From Tortispora ganteri (lineage: Eukaryota): a stretch of 64,000 nucleotides of DNA. A program made the translations under genes and the position numbers. The notes under the pieces were generated by a model. That model searched no databases, was not told the origin of the DNA, and worked only from the letters and a program-made list of their open reading frames with translations. This document shows positions 50,801 through 60,351 of the stretch, in pieces. Numbering within the stretch: the first letter of the stretch is position 1; each line of letters begins with the position of its first letter. The stretch spans positions 62,001 through 126,000 of the forward strand of contig PPNB01000015.1 of the NCBI GenBank assembly GCA_003707115.1, given 5' to 3'.

Positions 50801-53258
50801 CAATTAGATCACATAAACTCTCCAGAATGAAGTGCAGTTCTCTGCATAAGCTGACACTAACATAAGTGGATGACTCATTATGAAGTAAACTCGGTAGTGT
50901 CATAATGAGAGAACTGAGCAATGTTCTCATTGTAACTTGTGGAGAGCTGTATTGAGATTTTTTTACACTTGAAATGATCTCTCTTGGAACTAGCTCCAAA
51001 TTTGTTGTGTTTATCTCGTATTTAAATGCGGAAGAGGCCAAATCAAAGAAGCAAACCAAGCACACAGTGAGATGAAACGTATGAGCTGTTGGATTAGTAT
51101 GAGATATTGCTACGAGTTTTTCAAGAGCACCACAAAAAACTTTAGCCACTTGAGACTTGTTCGACCTCCAATAACAAGTTACAAAGTTGTTATCAGCCTC
51201 TGGGTGAAAACAATACTCCGGTTTAGAGAAATCCGAAAACAAAATACCTCTCAAAGGCCAGCTATAACAATCTAAACAAGCAAGGTCTTTAAACAATGTA
51301 CCCACATACAACAAGCCTTTAGCGTGGTCAAATTTAGGAGGGGTAGACAGACATGGTATTAATATCTCGGAAAGAAGATCGGCAAAGGACTGATATTGAG
51401 GAGGAGTCTTTCCAAAATCTTCCAGATAATATATATGGATATCGTGTGAATTTTCTGGAATGAAGAACTTGGTATCTAGCTTGCTTTCACAAATCCTAAT
51501 GTAAGTGCTGGTGAGCCATTCTATGATGAATTTAATCAAAGACAGCGTAGCCGCCTGAGTGTTGGTATGAGACCATTTGAATCTCAAAATTGTTCGCCAA
51601 AGCATTAAAAATGTATCACTAATAGCCGGAGGGGAATGTAAAAACGAGCTCGCGGTAATAAGTTGGATCATATTGTTTAAACTATCATCATGAACTGATC
51701 CAGTGGTAATAACAATATGGAGAAAGTAAGCGGCAGCTCTAGACGTTCCCGAAGAGCCAAGAAGAGTAGGGATCATCTCACAAAGTGCTGATAAAGTAAC
51801 ATAGTCTTCTGGTAAAAGGTACGAAGATATAGCTGCTTTGCTTGATAATGCCGATATGAGTGAACCTAGTACAACAATAAGCCATGAAGTCAACTGTTCG
51901 TTGCGTCCTGTCAAAGCAGCATAGGTTGCGCTTAACAGCTTCACTAGAACTCTACTTAAAGTATTAGAGTCTGATTCACAATAGGCTATAGAGGGAATAA
52001 GGAAAAGTAGGTTGCGGGCAGACGAGATATCAAAGCGGCTCAGATCTGAAGGGATTGCTTCTAAAAAAGTACTGGTTGCGTTTGGTCCAGCTATGAACCA
52101 ATTTTGCGTAAGAATCAGTTCATCTAATCTGTCTAGATTTGAAACGACAAAATTAAGATCAGTGTAAACCTTTAAGAGCAGCCACTGTGAAGCGTTACCG
52201 TGTGGAGACAATACTAGGGGTATAGAATGTGCGAGTGTGAATGCAGTAGGAATATTTGAGGTAAAATGAGCCGGACCGGCTAGTAGGTCAAGATCATCAA
52301 TAGACAAGTGTTCGACAGGTGTAGAAAGTTGGATTTCTTGATGAAGAGCATTCAATGAAGCAATTAGGAGTTGTTTTTTGTCTGCAGGGCAGTTATTCAA
52401 GGCCCAGGGGAATACCAAGGTGGTTAAATGTATATAAACAATACCATAACTTATAATTTGACTTGATGCTCCTCGTTTCAGTACTACATGTGACACGTTC
52501 AAGTGGTGTGTAAGATGTAGCACGAGTGAATCGAACTGAGTGTCAAATTGATACAGTACAATATGTAATAAACAACGGTACAGAATCCGGAGAGTTTCAG
52601 AGTAGAAGGAGAAATTAGAGCGATCATTAGTGAATAAAGGCAGTAATGAGGTAGATAACTGTTTGACAGTAAGAGAGAAATGATCTGAAGAAAGTGATGA
52701 ATGCAGTAGTGTATCGAGAATTTTTATGAGATTGTCTAAACAGCCCAAGAATGTAGATGAGGAGTTATAAGCATTAGTTCTATAACTTTGAAGATCTGAA
52801 TCAATAGCTAAACAAATATTATTAATGAGCTTTTCGTGGTCATGCGGGTATATGCGAGGGATTGCATGAGAACTTGTTTCACAAATATGAAGTACGGCTT
52901 GTATGAGCAAAAGTCTTGAAGTAAGTAGTTTTGAATCTGTGCATTCGCGTTGTATAAGGATAGTAAAAGGATTGAGGACGCGTTGAAGATAACTAGCATT
53001 ACTTATAGGACTTATGAGGGCTAATTGCTTTATATTTGAAAGCAATAATTCGATGCGATTTGAATAAAGCAATGATTGATCGCGAGATTCGTAATCTACA
53101 AGCGAGGCGATTGCAGCTTTCAGTAATGAAGAAGCTTGTGGAAGGTCTAGTGAAGAGTTATCTAATATATCTCTTAAATTAATATTTGCAGTTCTTCGTG
53201 CAGTTGCTTTGCTACTAGATAAATCATTGATAATAAGTTGAATATTGACATTACTCAT
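44853..53258 (-). CDS. TEL1: ATM-family PIKK kinase Tel1
   Basis: Kinase domain SGLSSPK, DDLRQDAIMQQVF, YVLGIGDRHCNNILID and IDFG, then FATC ending MFAGWLPFY*. A TAN-like motif (LSSSKATARR) follows the ATG at 53258. Confidence 0.92.
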   Translation of the reverse strand: MSNVNIQLIINDLSSSKATARRTANINLRDILDNSSLDLPQASSLLKAAIASLVDYESRDQSLLYSNRIELLLSNIKQLALISPISNASYLQRVLNPFTILIQRECTDSKLLTSRLLLIQAVLHICETSSHAIPRIYPHDHEKLINNICLAIDSDLQSYRTNAYNSSSTFLGCLDNLIKILDTLLHSSLSSDHFSLTVKQLSTSLLPLFTNDRSNFSFYSETLRILYRCLLHIVLYQFDTQFDSLVLHLTHHLNVSHVVLKRGASSQIISYGIVYIHLTTLVFPWALNNCPADKKQLLIASLNALHQEIQLSTPVEHLSIDDLDLLAGPAHFTSNIPTAFTLAHSIPLVLSPHGNASQWLLLKVYTDLNFVVSNLDRLDELILTQNWFIAGPNATSTFLEAIPSDLSRFDISSARNLLFLIPSIAYCESDSNTLSRVLVKLLSATYAALTGRNEQLTSWLIVVLGSLISALSSKAAISSYLLPEDYVTLSALCEMIPTLLGSSGTSRAAAYFLHIVITTGSVHDDSLNNMIQLITASSFLHSPPAISDTFLMLWRTILRFKWSHTNTQAATLSLIKFIIEWLTSTYIRICESKLDTKFFIPENSHDIHIYYLEDFGKTPPQYQSFADLLSEILIPCLSTPPKFDHAKGLLYVGTLFKDLACLDCYSWPLRGILFSDFSKPEYCFHPEADNNFVTCYWRSNKSQVAKVFCGALEKLVAISHTNPTAHTFHLTVCLVCFFDLASSAFKYEINTTNLELVPREIISSVKKSQYSSPQVTMRTLLSSLIMTLPSLLHNESSTYVSVSLCRELHFILESLCDLIDGDKNSTLVVFANLAARNGSEERESNGVKRRRLEIADNSGLVVPADHKIDNVFSFDFSIMKFVYRAYYAFLLLESLKLNCLFGLQNLLGRTKSIYQEIAIVVIAHEFSFRISSKETNVHSIFHSFIESNLGDIRNGDDIVIQSGIMLTEILLNSYSLLGVDTIDAIKEILGWYDGIVSTSMLSDMALSRLIHLYVRFSAQDILGLPNNALKFSFKDRKVAYLIPFNELATTKYDSNTSQNLALCLTDLNLISSLNDSAEFIPSYLIWFKNFSYLQPMSRAALVSLCYAIPIKQPNIKRCILRALAFLKYSTDTSPNITVEKESYWISQFLTILLPQKSDLRTVAQRSNIPPLLIEEHLIDSNEFKPKTCSQEGLNHEFQRIVNNGDQNADIFLESHYEAMVVNMLRHERLKSTPAVLLIAPLKFISIRNTDSFIQQRMPFLIGYALTRMSPLNEVHLCDELKLKYGRCFGGSNLFDPWYSFFSNKTDWHFDLKQVPMRSTIDISNIYLLVYAALDKKSTSIHKLANARNIILWMRMLLSVYPLANCNATSALLALRGCVLFTSITINSIVLDDDSVSSLLVFLLNLSTDIMSQKINYVKLLLEHFFAVSAPSFGTLLNITRLVYQIMDICEHSETNRTLTGELKQFCSWLFAIKIENSNSHENAIALKTLKAISGTIHNNKPTGWNGGELLASFLECLDPSMQKQDISLILQFIGRYIKEADYSIWTNENEHGFTSLLRIAHYVLITQLNERKECLNWVRKLISAVSSDLPKVINISKRLAYSSGEVVLQPVDPIVALQRAKDSSDMQLRLLLQAYEVDALFNEKFRFTLISSQYEDTDYYKWCKDHGLLYDISTSEGTEFLYSVIRYIITFTGNLDNENTRPLFKRFIDLPIAIVLIFESFIYHTAFRMKIPLFELAIAQPLVSNRSIKERRILLCKLLKVWIGIALEDAALARSFSAQILNALRSEKDIHSLSELCGNNSLLFTLELLDDGEKKLKYYLNKVLAVSEDSDYRTFATPDFVSLQNLSENDVQSDPKSFPPSYSYIGFHQIDSLKHLLRDNMNQAVEGYSERITLDFKTLREMPNKREYKKAYTLMNWSLPTKSVYLDDEETLYSVSKRLVFYREEDADTMYAQWHVLADELTASALQLCLNRRIGYYECTSLILLAEDLMRMHRNHLKELNYSPEELDQQYGRGSDRMENWMVLRHIYATKMNILQEPGLLNPGFATTAQSLGDMYRSNGFVKESYDLALWLKMKSQEESTDSTWCLLEFAKCQYAFGKDSAALKILSDAYKECNSFTSEHKAHLGVVLSTWMSETKTETANTILMDYYEPSIRLLRASSNETVKARASHAFATFCYNRYSELNEDDPEKIISQSMALCEEEIEGNGLIQKGNQDAEQIKLARSNSIRLKQFLEDQKAELSNFLNDKQRFLLLSLEHYLLCMENSEVYADTIYIIVELWLANASNDRVNTIVSDLIVRIPSSIIVEVANQITSNLLEDESSLFQKSIRIAIYEIAKSYLREVLYKLISLRLLPRNQESSPSVTIMRQRGGSALWRYLKEHYSLNIDVFNEVEQFATHLSWLSKEKNISKFSGSFNGVNRSHWWLKDICNYKIVPPTICGSNRARKDLPFIVKFFDKVVSASGLSSPKILTCLLSDGRQYKMVLKRGHDDLRQDAIMQQVFGYVNRCIKRENNNKNATNPILTYEVVPLGQTAGIIEFVDNTVSLLDLIENLRKKHGSMKFSRSKGIAKLKAAMHKDRDTKKAVFCEIQKEIDPVMRYFFMEDVKNPEEWFQRRISYSRGTATMCMVGYVLGIGDRHCNNILIDKMSGSPVPIDFGIAFDYGKYLPIPEVVPFRLTRNIIDGMGITGIEGPFRLSAERSFKLLRSNRENILSILKALQYDPLYSWSISSLRMHNVQQDMNKIDAENRIKALSGVASANNALLTVKKKLYNDLKIETIVSKLITEATDEYNLSMMFAGWLPFY

Positions 53259-53347
53259 ATATGTGAATAGTTTGACAAGCGTGTCCCAATATAAAGGAGA
53301 GAGTATTATTAGCGGACAATAGTAGCAGTTTTCCACCTGCTTGCACG

Positions 53348-54097
53348 ATGTCACAACTTAATTGGAATCAGAAGAATGCGGTATCTCAATTTATGCAATT
53401 TACTGAGACTTCTAAAGACACTGCTTTGAGATATTTAAGGAAATCCAGATTTAATATTGACGAAGCAATGAATGCATTCCTTACAGATAAGACAATAAGT
53501 GATCAGAAGCAGGATAAGATCATTATAGAAGAGACATTTAGGAAATACTCTTTAGATAAAGAAATGGATATTGATGGTATAATTACATTTATAAGCGATT
53601 TAGGACTAAATGTTGAAGATCCTATTGTTTTGGCGTTGTCGTATTGCATCAAATCATCGAAGATCGGTACGATCAATAAAGATGAATTTGTTGCAGGAAT
53701 GCTTGATATTCATTGTAAGACCATTGATGATTTAAAAAACTACCTGGAAACTGTTATTAAGCCTAAATTCATAAATACGAAAGACGATTCTTTTTTCAAA
53801 GAAGTATACAAATTCACATTCGGATTCGTCAAAATTGGAGCCCAACGAGCTTTGCCCCTAGACAGTGCTGTGGATTACTGGAGATTGCTTCTGGTCGACA
53901 GATTCAACCTAGCTCAATCTTGGATAGAATATTCAGAAATGCAGCTAAAAAAAGATGTATCTAAAGATACATGGAATATGCTGTACGAGTTTTTGACGAA
54001 ATATTCTAGCATCGAAGATTTAAAATCTTATGATGCCACTGCAGCATGGCCTTCTACCATTGATAGTTATGTGTCATATACTCTATCTAAAGAATAA
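53348..54097 (+). CDS. DCN1: Cullin neddylation E3 Dcn1
   Basis: UBA-like N-terminus (QF..FT...A..YL) and PONY domain FKEVYKFTF, A.DYW.LL, SKDTWNML, YD..AAWP..ID.YV. Confidence 0.92.
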   Translation: MSQLNWNQKNAVSQFMQFTETSKDTALRYLRKSRFNIDEAMNAFLTDKTISDQKQDKIIIEETFRKYSLDKEMDIDGIITFISDLGLNVEDPIVLALSYCIKSSKIGTINKDEFVAGMLDIHCKTIDDLKNYLETVIKPKFINTKDDSFFKEVYKFTFGFVKIGAQRALPLDSAVDYWRLLLVDRFNLAQSWIEYSEMQLKKDVSKDTWNMLYEFLTKYSSIEDLKSYDATAAWPSTIDSYVSYTLSKE

Positions 54098-54157
54098 CAC
54101 ACGAGAGAAAACATACTTTGTTTTTTGTTTTCTAAAAAACAACAAAATATACTGAAT

Positions 54158-54529
54158 TCATTGCAAATCAACAACTTCTTTACGCTTTAGTTCTTTTCCT
54201 TCGCCTGTCGCATGCCGAAATAGCTTCATTCCAACCCATGATATTATGCACCATACCCATGCCATAACTCCAAGTAAAATTAACATCATTATATAATAGT
54301 CCCCAATCTCCATCTCTGTACCATCAAACGTCTTCGAGCTCCATGTAGAAATCTTTTGGTACAGTTGGTTGCATTTCTCATCTGTTACGTTATCACAGTG
54401 CGTAATAACAAGTCGACTCAGTCCTAAACTGCTCCATATGCCTATTATACCTACACTCCAGGTTCCAATTAATATAATCCATCCCCAATTCCAAGTATCT
54501 TTCCATTCTTCAGCTATTTCGTCTTTCAT
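54158..54529 (-). CDS. Small two-TM protein, PIG-Y-like (GPI-GlcNAc transferase subunit)
   Basis: 123 aa with WGWIILIGTW TM1 and YY.MMLILL..MAWVW...SWVGMKLFRH TM2. Confidence 0.6.
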   Translation of the reverse strand: MKDEIAEEWKDTWNWGWIILIGTWSVGIIGIWSSLGLSRLVITHCDNVTDEKCNQLYQKISTWSSKTFDGTEMEIGDYYIMMLILLGVMAWVWCIISWVGMKLFRHATGEGKELKRKEVVDLQ

Positions 54530-54945
54530 GAATCAGTCCTTAAACATAGACTATATTCTGAAGTCAACCAACGTAAACTCTCGTCACACTACACCAAATA
54601 ATACTAATGTATGTACTAGCAAAAAATTCACTGCTTAAAACTGCCAAGCCCGGTCCTACAAAATTAAACGAATCACACAATTATTAGAACGACTTGGCTC
54701 GTATTAGTTACGTGTAGTAAAGTCGTCCAATTAGAATTTGAGTTAAACTCTTCAGAGTATGGGGGCAAAGGCATGTTAAGCTGAAACTATTTGCTGAACC
54801 TATCACGAAAATAAATAAAGTAAAGTGAAAAATAAAACCAATACTAATAAACCAATCAAATATCTTTTTTTATATGCAGAAACTCCATCTAGCTCTATTG
54901 AGATTTGAAATGGCCAGTTATAGTCAGGTACATCACTTTCACAGT

Positions 54946-54955
54946 GTCACGTGAC
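54946..54955. promoter_or_regulatory. GTCACGTGAC palindrome (Cbf1/Tye7-type site) in the PIG-Y/IRC20 divergent promoter
   Basis: Perfect 10-bp palindrome. Confidence 0.55.
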
Positions 54956-55240
54956 TTTTGCTGTTGCTGCGGCTGAGTCGCACAATACAACTTACTTTTC
55001 TTTCATACAAAGCTCTAAGGATATATAAATATATAAAATATATACTTATCTCCAATGATTATATAAATAACATAATATAATATATATTTGGGACTATTTT
55101 AACTAAATTTGTGCTGACCTGTTCAGAGTAGATTTTTCTTTAGATGTGCGCTCTATCTTCGATCAAAATAAACCCTAATAGTGAACATTGCACCATTTCG
55201 AAATTCATACAGACAGACTTATTGAGTTACAATACTGTCC

Positions 55241-58200
55241 ATGATCTCTATTGAATCGTCTGATTTAGTATATATAAATACAGATACTAGTAATTACATA
55301 TTAAGTAATTATAGAAAGCGGCCTAGATCTGCTTTTTCTACAGATACAAACTTACTTACACTCTTCCATATCGACTTCGCTATACCGTTGTCGCAAGGAT
55401 CTGATCTCAATAGCACAGACCCTATACAAGTAAATCTGAATCGCGATGATAGATATATTGAAGTTTCTAGTAAATCAACACTTTTGTTGCAACTGGATAT
55501 AGAATCGGTGTCAGCCCGACTGCCTAATGTGCAGTGGGACCTGTTCTTTGTCGCTATTGATATTCAAAATTATTATATATCGCGATCTTTACTCAAGGTT
55601 GCTAGCACATGCTATAGTAAATCAGATAAAATTATTTTATCTGTTGATTTATCTGCTGTGCGATATTCACAGTCATTTTATTTTAGAAATGCGCTTGCTA
55701 ACTCTTCACATCTCCATGAGCTATTCAAGTGCTTCGGGGTGGCGATAAATACATCTGCTAACCCCAATGATCTCTCAAGACTATACGAGAACAGTAGCAA
55801 AGGAATCGCAGATTTGCGATTTAGAGCGTATGTTAAGCGCCAAAACATTGCAAATTTCACTCTCTTAGAATTCCAAGCGGATACCGTCAATTGGGCGCTT
55901 AGGAAAGAAGGCAAAATGTACAGCGAACAGTTGAATTCTATAGTGGATTGTCAGCATACTGCATCTGTACCATTGGGATGGCAGAAAGTGGAGAATTCTG
56001 ATCTTTATGTAAATCCGATTATTGGCTCATTCGCTTACGAATCGGACTTGATACCTGAAAACGCATCCTCTAAAACAGTATCCGCTAAAGGATTAATAGC
56101 AGAAGAAATGGGTCTGGGGAAGACTGTGGAGGTACTTAGCTTGATTCTGCTAAATCCTCGTAAAGAAAATGATTGTTTTAAAGTCATTCCTTCGTACGTT
56201 CCTAACGAGCAGATTACTACTGTGAAAACAACTCTCATACTATCTCCTGAATCTATTCTCAAACAATGGGTTTCTGAAATTAGCCGACACGCCCCGCATT
56301 TGAAGTTGATGGTTTATAATGGTACGAAAAATAGAAAGGAAAATATATCACAGAATGAATTTGCTGAGTACGATATAGTTGTTGCTTCTTATGCTGTGAT
56401 TTCCAGAGAGATACACTATGCGAATAAGCCTGTTGATAGAACTTTAAGAGGTGAAAAGAAGTATATACCGCCTCGAAGTCCGCTAGTTCTTACACAATTC
56501 TGGAGAATAATTTTGGATGAAGTTCAAATCCTGGAGTCAGGATCTACAAATGCCGCCATGGTGGCGTCACTCATACCACGGATACACGCTTGGGGCGTAT
56601 CTGGAACTCCAGCAAGAAAATCCCTTAATGATTTATATGGAATATTTGCATTTTTGGGATTTGAGCCTTACGGGTACAGTCTGCAGGCATTTGAAAGGCT
56701 AGTACGCACGGATCTGTTTGAGAAATTCTGTAAAGATCACACTATTAGACACTCAAAATCTGAAGTGATAGAGTTTCTAAGATTACCTGCTCAGCATATC
56801 AAAAGAATGCAAGTAAAGCTGTCTTCTATTGAACACGGTAACTACATGCAACTTTATCGCCAGTTTATGACTCAATGCATAGACGGGAAGCATGAAAACT
56901 CTGAACAATCACGAGCAGAGATGATCAGGTGGCTAAATAGGTTACGTCAAACCTGTTCTCATGCTGCGCTCGGTAATATTAATAAGGAAGCTCTTGGATC
57001 TCATGAGATCAAAACTATATCAGCTGTTTTAAATGCAATGGTTGATCAAGAAGAAGGCAAATATTTTACTCACTTGCGTTCGAAGGCGCTATTATGGATT
57101 CACAAGGGGCAAATCCTTGAACAACGGAAGCAACCGAAAGAAGCTTTAGAAACCTGGAAGAGCATAGAGAGCGAAGTAGTATTATCTTTAAATGACGTGC
57201 AGGATCGACTGAGAACATTATTGGATAGCGTGTTTCAGAGAAAGAAAATAGTGAAACCTCGAAAAACTTCTGCAGATTCCTTGAAAAGCGAGAATCAAGG
57301 TTTATTGGATAATAAAGGTGACTCAGATAGAGAAACACCTATACAGACTGAAACGGAGGAAGATCACAAGAGAATAGCCCTTTATAGAGCGAGAATTCGC
57401 AGCTGGCAAGATGTAGCACATCGCCTATTTTTCTTTTTAGGTACTGCCTACTTTCAGCTCGAGGATACAGAAAACGAATCCAAATACTACGATTTAGCGC
57501 AGGAAATTCGTTCATCTGCATTGCGTGAATCAGCCGGGAAAGCATTAGGCACAATTCAGGGCTTGCAAAAGCGGTTGAAAATACAGATATACAAGATTAA
57601 GTTCCCTGAATCTGTATCCGTTGGACTCACTTATGGGGATCTGTATTATCAAATGAAAGATTTGGTTATCTGTTTTAATCGTCAAGCAGACTTAATTAAA
57701 GAGTGGGGAGAGAGACTGAAAGAGTTTCTTACTAGTAAGTTGGTCGATGAAAGTGGTGAAGCTAACGGTGAAGAATACGAGAAATCTCTTGACCAGCAAG
57801 AATATGCATACACTTACCTTAATTTGCTGCAGCTTGTAACAGCAGATTATAAAGAATCTCTTACGGGCTACAGACCTCATGCGCAACCTATTGAACCGTT
57901 AACATCATTACAGGAAGGTGATTCTCTTGAATTGTACAAGGAATTGGAGAGCAAACGTGAAAGGGCGCAGTCGTCTTCGCATTTTTTCTTTCCTAATTTA
58001 AGAGATGGCATTCGAATGAAATATGTTGAAAGCAAGTTGAAAGCTGATGCTAGACAAGCTGATATTTATTTATCTGAAAGTCATATTGGACTTTCACTAG
58101 TGAAACTTGTTGAAAAATGGATTAAGGATGCTTTAGAGTCTGTCGAAGAATTTGAGAAGACATTGACTGCATTATCTGATGTATACAATGCAAGGCTCGA

Positions 58201-59248
58201 ATATTACAAACAATTACAGGCTTTTTCAGATACGGTTGCTCGGTTTGAAGTTTCAGATGAAGAAATGTTCCTAGCTCACTTTGAGCGTGAGAATAATAGC
58301 TTTATCAGAATTATCGAAACAAGTAGTAAGAGGATTGCATATCTGCGAAGTCTGAAAAGTGACGGATCTCAAAAAGATATGGATAAAACGTGCATTATTT
58401 GTCTAGGAACTATTTCATATGGGTTGATGACTTTTTGCGGTCACCAATATTGTACCGAGTGCTTGTCTGTATGGTGGAAAGTGAAGCGAACCTGCCCTGC
58501 ATGCCGTACGAGGCTGGCAAGGAATGAATGTTACGATGTCTGTTATGATGATTTTGTGGACACTGCGAAAACAGAAAAAGTTTCTTCATATGAAAACTTT
58601 GAACTAATTAAAGACATTGGATTTCATGAGTTAAAGAATGTTCCTTTGAAGGAAAGATATGGTGCAAAGCTGGACACAGTTGTTGCACACATTATTACGC
58701 TAAAGAAATTTGATCCGTCTGCTCAAGTTGTTATATTTTCTCAATGGAGTGAATTTTTGAGTCTTTTATCTCGTGCATTGACAGAAAATCAGATAACATA
58801 CGCGTTTCTAGAAGATGCTGATAAATTTACGCAAGACTCAACTATTACGTGCTTTCTTCTGAATGCGCAGAAACAATCATCCGGGTTGAACCTTGTCTGC
58901 GCCAAATATTTGATTTTATGTGAGCCGTTTTTGAATATATCGTTTGAGCTACAGGCGATATCGCGAATTCATAGGATTGGTCAAACCAGTGAGACAATTG
59001 CGTGGATATACACAGTGATGAACACTGTCGAAGAATACGTGTATCGGCATGGCGAACCTGCTAGACAGATTCTATGCAGTGCTAATGGTGATATTGATGA
59101 TACCCAAAACGTGATACAAAATGCAAATCTTAAAGTGAACAAGTATGGTGAGGTTGCAGTTGACTCTGATGTGAGAAAGCTGTTATTAGGTGATGACTAT
59201 GAGGCCAGAAATAACCTATCGGCTACAGATTCGACAATCACCACCTAA
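55241..59248 (+). CDS. IRC20: SNF2 helicase/RING E3 ligase Irc20 (SHPRH-like)
   Basis: AEEMGLGKT, WRIILDEVQ, WGVSGTP, LRQTCSH, RING CIIC...CGH.YC..C...CPACR, IFSQW and QAISRIHRIGQ. Confidence 0.9.
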   Translation: MISIESSDLVYINTDTSNYILSNYRKRPRSAFSTDTNLLTLFHIDFAIPLSQGSDLNSTDPIQVNLNRDDRYIEVSSKSTLLLQLDIESVSARLPNVQWDLFFVAIDIQNYYISRSLLKVASTCYSKSDKIILSVDLSAVRYSQSFYFRNALANSSHLHELFKCFGVAINTSANPNDLSRLYENSSKGIADLRFRAYVKRQNIANFTLLEFQADTVNWALRKEGKMYSEQLNSIVDCQHTASVPLGWQKVENSDLYVNPIIGSFAYESDLIPENASSKTVSAKGLIAEEMGLGKTVEVLSLILLNPRKENDCFKVIPSYVPNEQITTVKTTLILSPESILKQWVSEISRHAPHLKLMVYNGTKNRKENISQNEFAEYDIVVASYAVISREIHYANKPVDRTLRGEKKYIPPRSPLVLTQFWRIILDEVQILESGSTNAAMVASLIPRIHAWGVSGTPARKSLNDLYGIFAFLGFEPYGYSLQAFERLVRTDLFEKFCKDHTIRHSKSEVIEFLRLPAQHIKRMQVKLSSIEHGNYMQLYRQFMTQCIDGKHENSEQSRAEMIRWLNRLRQTCSHAALGNINKEALGSHEIKTISAVLNAMVDQEEGKYFTHLRSKALLWIHKGQILEQRKQPKEALETWKSIESEVVLSLNDVQDRLRTLLDSVFQRKKIVKPRKTSADSLKSENQGLLDNKGDSDRETPIQTETEEDHKRIALYRARIRSWQDVAHRLFFFLGTAYFQLEDTENESKYYDLAQEIRSSALRESAGKALGTIQGLQKRLKIQIYKIKFPESVSVGLTYGDLYYQMKDLVICFNRQADLIKEWGERLKEFLTSKLVDESGEANGEEYEKSLDQQEYAYTYLNLLQLVTADYKESLTGYRPHAQPIEPLTSLQEGDSLELYKELESKRERAQSSSHFFFPNLRDGIRMKYVESKLKADARQADIYLSESHIGLSLVKLVEKWIKDALESVEEFEKTLTALSDVYNARLEYYKQLQAFSDTVARFEVSDEEMFLAHFERENNSFIRIIETSSKRIAYLRSLKSDGSQKDMDKTCIICLGTISYGLMTFCGHQYCTECLSVWWKVKRTCPACRTRLARNECYDVCYDDFVDTAKTEKVSSYENFELIKDIGFHELKNVPLKERYGAKLDTVVAHIITLKKFDPSAQVVIFSQWSEFLSLLSRALTENQITYAFLEDADKFTQDSTITCFLLNAQKQSSGLNLVCAKYLILCEPFLNISFELQAISRIHRIGQTSETIAWIYTVMNTVEEYVYRHGEPARQILCSANGDIDDTQNVIQNANLKVNKYGEVAVDSDVRKLLLGDDYEARNNLSATDSTITT

Positions 59249-60207
59249 GACTTGAATCTTATGAATTCTAGTATGAAAAACTCAATGGTGGTCATTATTT
59301 TTTTCCGTTAAAATGCTGTATATCTTAGAAAAACGAATGATTAACGTTTGACTTGCTTTTTGACCTAGCTATGACTAATTCGACATTTGAGTATAATCAT
59401 AAGGAACTGGAAAAAAAGAGGAAATTGTTTTATCTATATATATATTATACGGATTGGATCTCTGACTTATTAATAATTTGTCTTGATTTTTTTAATTAAA
59501 AACTAGCCATGTGATACACATCTTTTTAGCGAATATTGCGAACTTTCCTATTACAGACGGTCCAATCAGTTCCTCTGAAATCACATTAGCGTTGATGTTT
59601 AGATCAGAATATTTCTTGTAGTTCAGAAATTGACTAATAGATAAAATGAAGATAGCGAATTAATATGGGCGGAGACTTTCATGGAACCAAGTGGTTTCAT
59701 CCTTAAGATAAAATTAATTATAATTAAAATAAGGTTAGCATACCTAAAAAGCTAGCTCTACTAAGAGACTAGGAAAGCGAACATCGCATACTTATTAAGA
59801 GATACAGTAATTATTGAAATATTAGGTCCTTAAGTTTTATTATTTTCTTAAAATTGTATCAAATATGTCAATACATGGATTTGTAAGAATTTCTTACTTT
59901 AAGGGGGTTCTTAGGTTTGCTGTTTATCATTCAGTTGGCCCTATCGAACTGAAAACGCGGTTCCGGATACAAGCGTGACAAACCTCGCGATATCTGTCGC
60001 AAGAATTTAATTAGCCTCTAAAGTTTACTTTAATAATTTTTTTTAGCCAATATTTGTGATATTAGAGCAGTATTGGCTGCTAAAAATTATATGTCAAATC
60101 TTATTTTCCCCCTTATAGTTCGGTTTAAAATAGTGAATTTAAATTATGGAACGGAGTTTATCACCCCGACTGGGCTGGTATATAAAATGGCATTCATTTC
60201 CATTATA

Positions 60208-60351
60208 ATGTCTAAATTATATAGTATTGTTAAGCCTCAAAATTTCATACATTCTTTGGTTCTCCTATTGATATTGTTGTCGCCGCCAACTATATGTCCA
60301 GCCTCGCCGATAACTCTTCACAACCTCTTTACACGCTCTCTTCGTCTGTAA
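60208..60351 (+). CDS. Short ORF encoding the probable signal peptide/pro-region of the GH81 glucanase (out of frame with the enzyme)
   Basis: ATG in context ATAATGTCT, about 20 nt after TATATAAA. Reads MSKLYSIVKPQNFIHSLVLLLILLSPPTICPASPITLHNLFTRSLRL*. Confidence 0.6.
   Translation: MSKLYSIVKPQNFIHSLVLLLILLSPPTICPASPITLHNLFTRSLRL

Noticed and set aside
53259..53354. 32-aa N-terminal extension of TEL1 overlapping the DCN1 start
   Set aside because: It begins at a non-ATG codon in the track. The TAN-like motif follows the ATG at 53258.
54946..55100. CDEI-like GTCACGTG followed by an AT-rich stretch (point centromere?)
   Set aside because: The ~65 bp directly after the motif are not AT-rich, and there is no CDEIII-like TTCCGAA at the expected distance. 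It is better read as a Cbf1/Tye7 promoter site.
11944..59248. Apparent functional clustering (tRNA/translation: SLM5, TPT1, TAD1, RPC11, DPH7; DNA repair: Rad51-like, TEL1, IRC20)
   Set aside because: The genes are interspersed with unrelated housekeeping genes and show no shared pathway or co-orientation.
60340..60346. CTT-CGT-C as a Ty1/EST3-like +1 frameshift site for the GH81 gene
   Set aside because: It does not match CTT-AGG/AGT, and +1 leads to a frame that stops near 60410. The enzyme needs a -1 shift.
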